A DNA stretch of 63,626 bases, filler included, from Chiloscyllium plagiosum (Eukaryota): the NCBI RefSeq assembly GCF_004010195.1. It is 5 parts of one record of this genome, joined end to end, with 100 filler letters (N's around TTAATTAATTAA, not from the genome) between each part and the next. Parts side by side here need not be neighbours in the genome. Positions count along the whole stretch, not along the records: positions 60,924 to 63,626 come from NC_057714.1; 4 more parts are not named here. The stretch is one strand, 5' to 3'. The notes beneath the pieces are model-generated. The model was given only the letters and a program-made list of their open reading frames with translations. It had not been told where the DNA came from and made no database searches. Both the position numbers and the translations under genes were made by a program. Below, one piece after another: positions 62,161-63,626 of the stretch (positions are counted from its first letter, which is position 1; each line of letters begins with the position of its first letter).

Positions 62161-62599
62161 TCATGTTGTGGGGACGTAGGTTTGAATCCCATAAAAGGCT
62201 GACATAAAAATCCTGATTGCGCCTGTTGTCAGTTGGTGTAATGATCTCGCTGGTTCACCAGGTGCTGTTTAAAGACGCTTGTGTGGGACTGCAGACCCAC
62301 AGGGACATGGCTGACTCCTAACTGGGCAATAAATTCTGGCCTCGCCAGTGACACTTCCATCTCATTGGCAAATTAAAAAGAAACTTTCACTTCTGTATGT
62401 GATGCATCAGTATTTCACAGAGTTGCACGTGCTCTCCACTCTCTGTGTGTAAAGAAATCCCTCCTCCATTCTCTACCTGTCAGTGGTGATACCTTGTTCT
62501 GGACTGAATGGAAGTTATTTCTCTACCTGTCCTCTGTGCAACCTGATAGAGCACTGGAGGGTGGTTGCTGCTGTCACCTGCTCTGTTTTTAAACCTTCA

Positions 62600-62944
62600 G
62601 AAGATCTATCTATCCTCTTTAGACAGGGTGGATAGAGACAAGCTTTTTCCCAGGGTGAGGGATTCCCACTTACAAGGTGAGAGGTGGAAAGTTTAAGGGG
62701 GATACACGTGGCAAGTACTTCACACAGAGGGTGGTGGGCATTTGGAACACGCCAGCAGAGATGGTAGAGGCAGGCACAGTAGATTCATTTAATATGCATC
62801 TGGACAGATGCATGAGTAGGTGGGGAACAGAGGGATACAGATGCTTAGGAATTGGGCGGCAGGTTTAGACAGTGGATTTGGATCAGCTCAGACTTGAAGG
62901 GCCGAAGGGCCTGTTCCTGGGCTGTAAATTTTCTTTGTTCTCTA
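62600..62944 (+). mobile_element. CR1 LINE 3' end
   Basis: RGGKFKGDTRGKYFTQRVVGIWN; tail GGGCCGAAGGGCCTGTTCC. Confidence 0.8.
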
Positions 62945-63505
62945 AGGGTGGGAGGGTATTGGAGAGGCTGCCGCAAAAGGCTCACAAGGGTGGCCCACTG
63001 ATGAGGAGCTTCAGGGACACAGACAGACTGGAGAAGTTGGGAATGTGTTCCGTGGAGGAGACGGCGGTTGAGAAGAGATTTCAGAGAGGTCTTCCAAATC
63101 ATGAGGGTCTGGACAATAGACAGGGAGAAACAAAAACAGAAATTGCTGGAAAAACTCAGAAGTGTCACTGAACTGAAACATTAACTCTGCTTTTTCTCCA
63201 TAGATACTGGCCAGACCTGCTGAGTTTGTCCAGCAATTCCTGTTTTTGTTTCAAAATTTCCAGCATCGGCAGTTCTTTGTTTTATTTCAGTATAAACAGG
63301 GAGAAACTTGATCAGCTGTGATCGTACTGAAGGACGGAGCAGGATCGAAGGGCTGAATGGCCTACTCCTGCTCCTTGTTTCTATGTGTCTGTTGGTGGAA
63401 GCTTCAAGAACCAGGCGGCACAGGTTAAAGGTTACAGGCAAAAGAAGTGAAGAACTGAAAAAGGGTTTTTCACATAACAAATGGTGAGGACCTGGAGTGT
63501 TCCCA

Positions 63506-63577
63506 GTGTGTGTGTGTCTGTGTGTGTGTGTCTGTGTGTGTGTGTCTGTGTCTCTGTGTGTGTGTCTCTGTGTGTGT
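63506..63577. repeat. Compound (TG)n/(TC) microsatellite
   Basis: Direct inspection. Confidence 0.9.
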
Positions 63578-63626
63578 ATATTCACCCGAACCACAGGACT
63601 TATTTCATCAAACATTTTGTATCCAA

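Overview
Vertebrate nuclear DNA, very likely from a shark: HE1-type SINEs and HER1/CR1 LINEs point to an elasmobranch (inferred from repeat content). The window is five contigs joined by four artificial 100-nt spacers (44 N + TTAATTAATTAA + 44 N). It is mostly decayed retroelements: many CR1 fragments, HE1 SINEs, Rex1-like and L2 fragments, a near-complete L1-clade ORF2 with two local duplications, and several Penelope-like elements (PLEs; RT plus GIY-YIG). Host-gene content is one intact internal TONSL exon (61189-61496, LRR region) and a processed RBPMS2-like pseudogene (54831-55136), followed by a probable solo LTR (55502-56039). The most interesting signal is non-coding. At least three or four distinct families of minimal hammerhead-ribozyme cores (CUGAnGA-stem II-GAAA with a palindromic stem III) occur in PLE termini and in short fold-back, non-autonomous elements with 13-16 bp target-site duplications, including a three-level nest at 11.7-13.3 kb. 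A 33-bp VNTR (~41 copies) may lie inside a composite, YY1-headed element. Most ORFs in the supplied track are TE remnants or repeat artefacts. Coordinates were read by eye, and TE boundaries are approximate.
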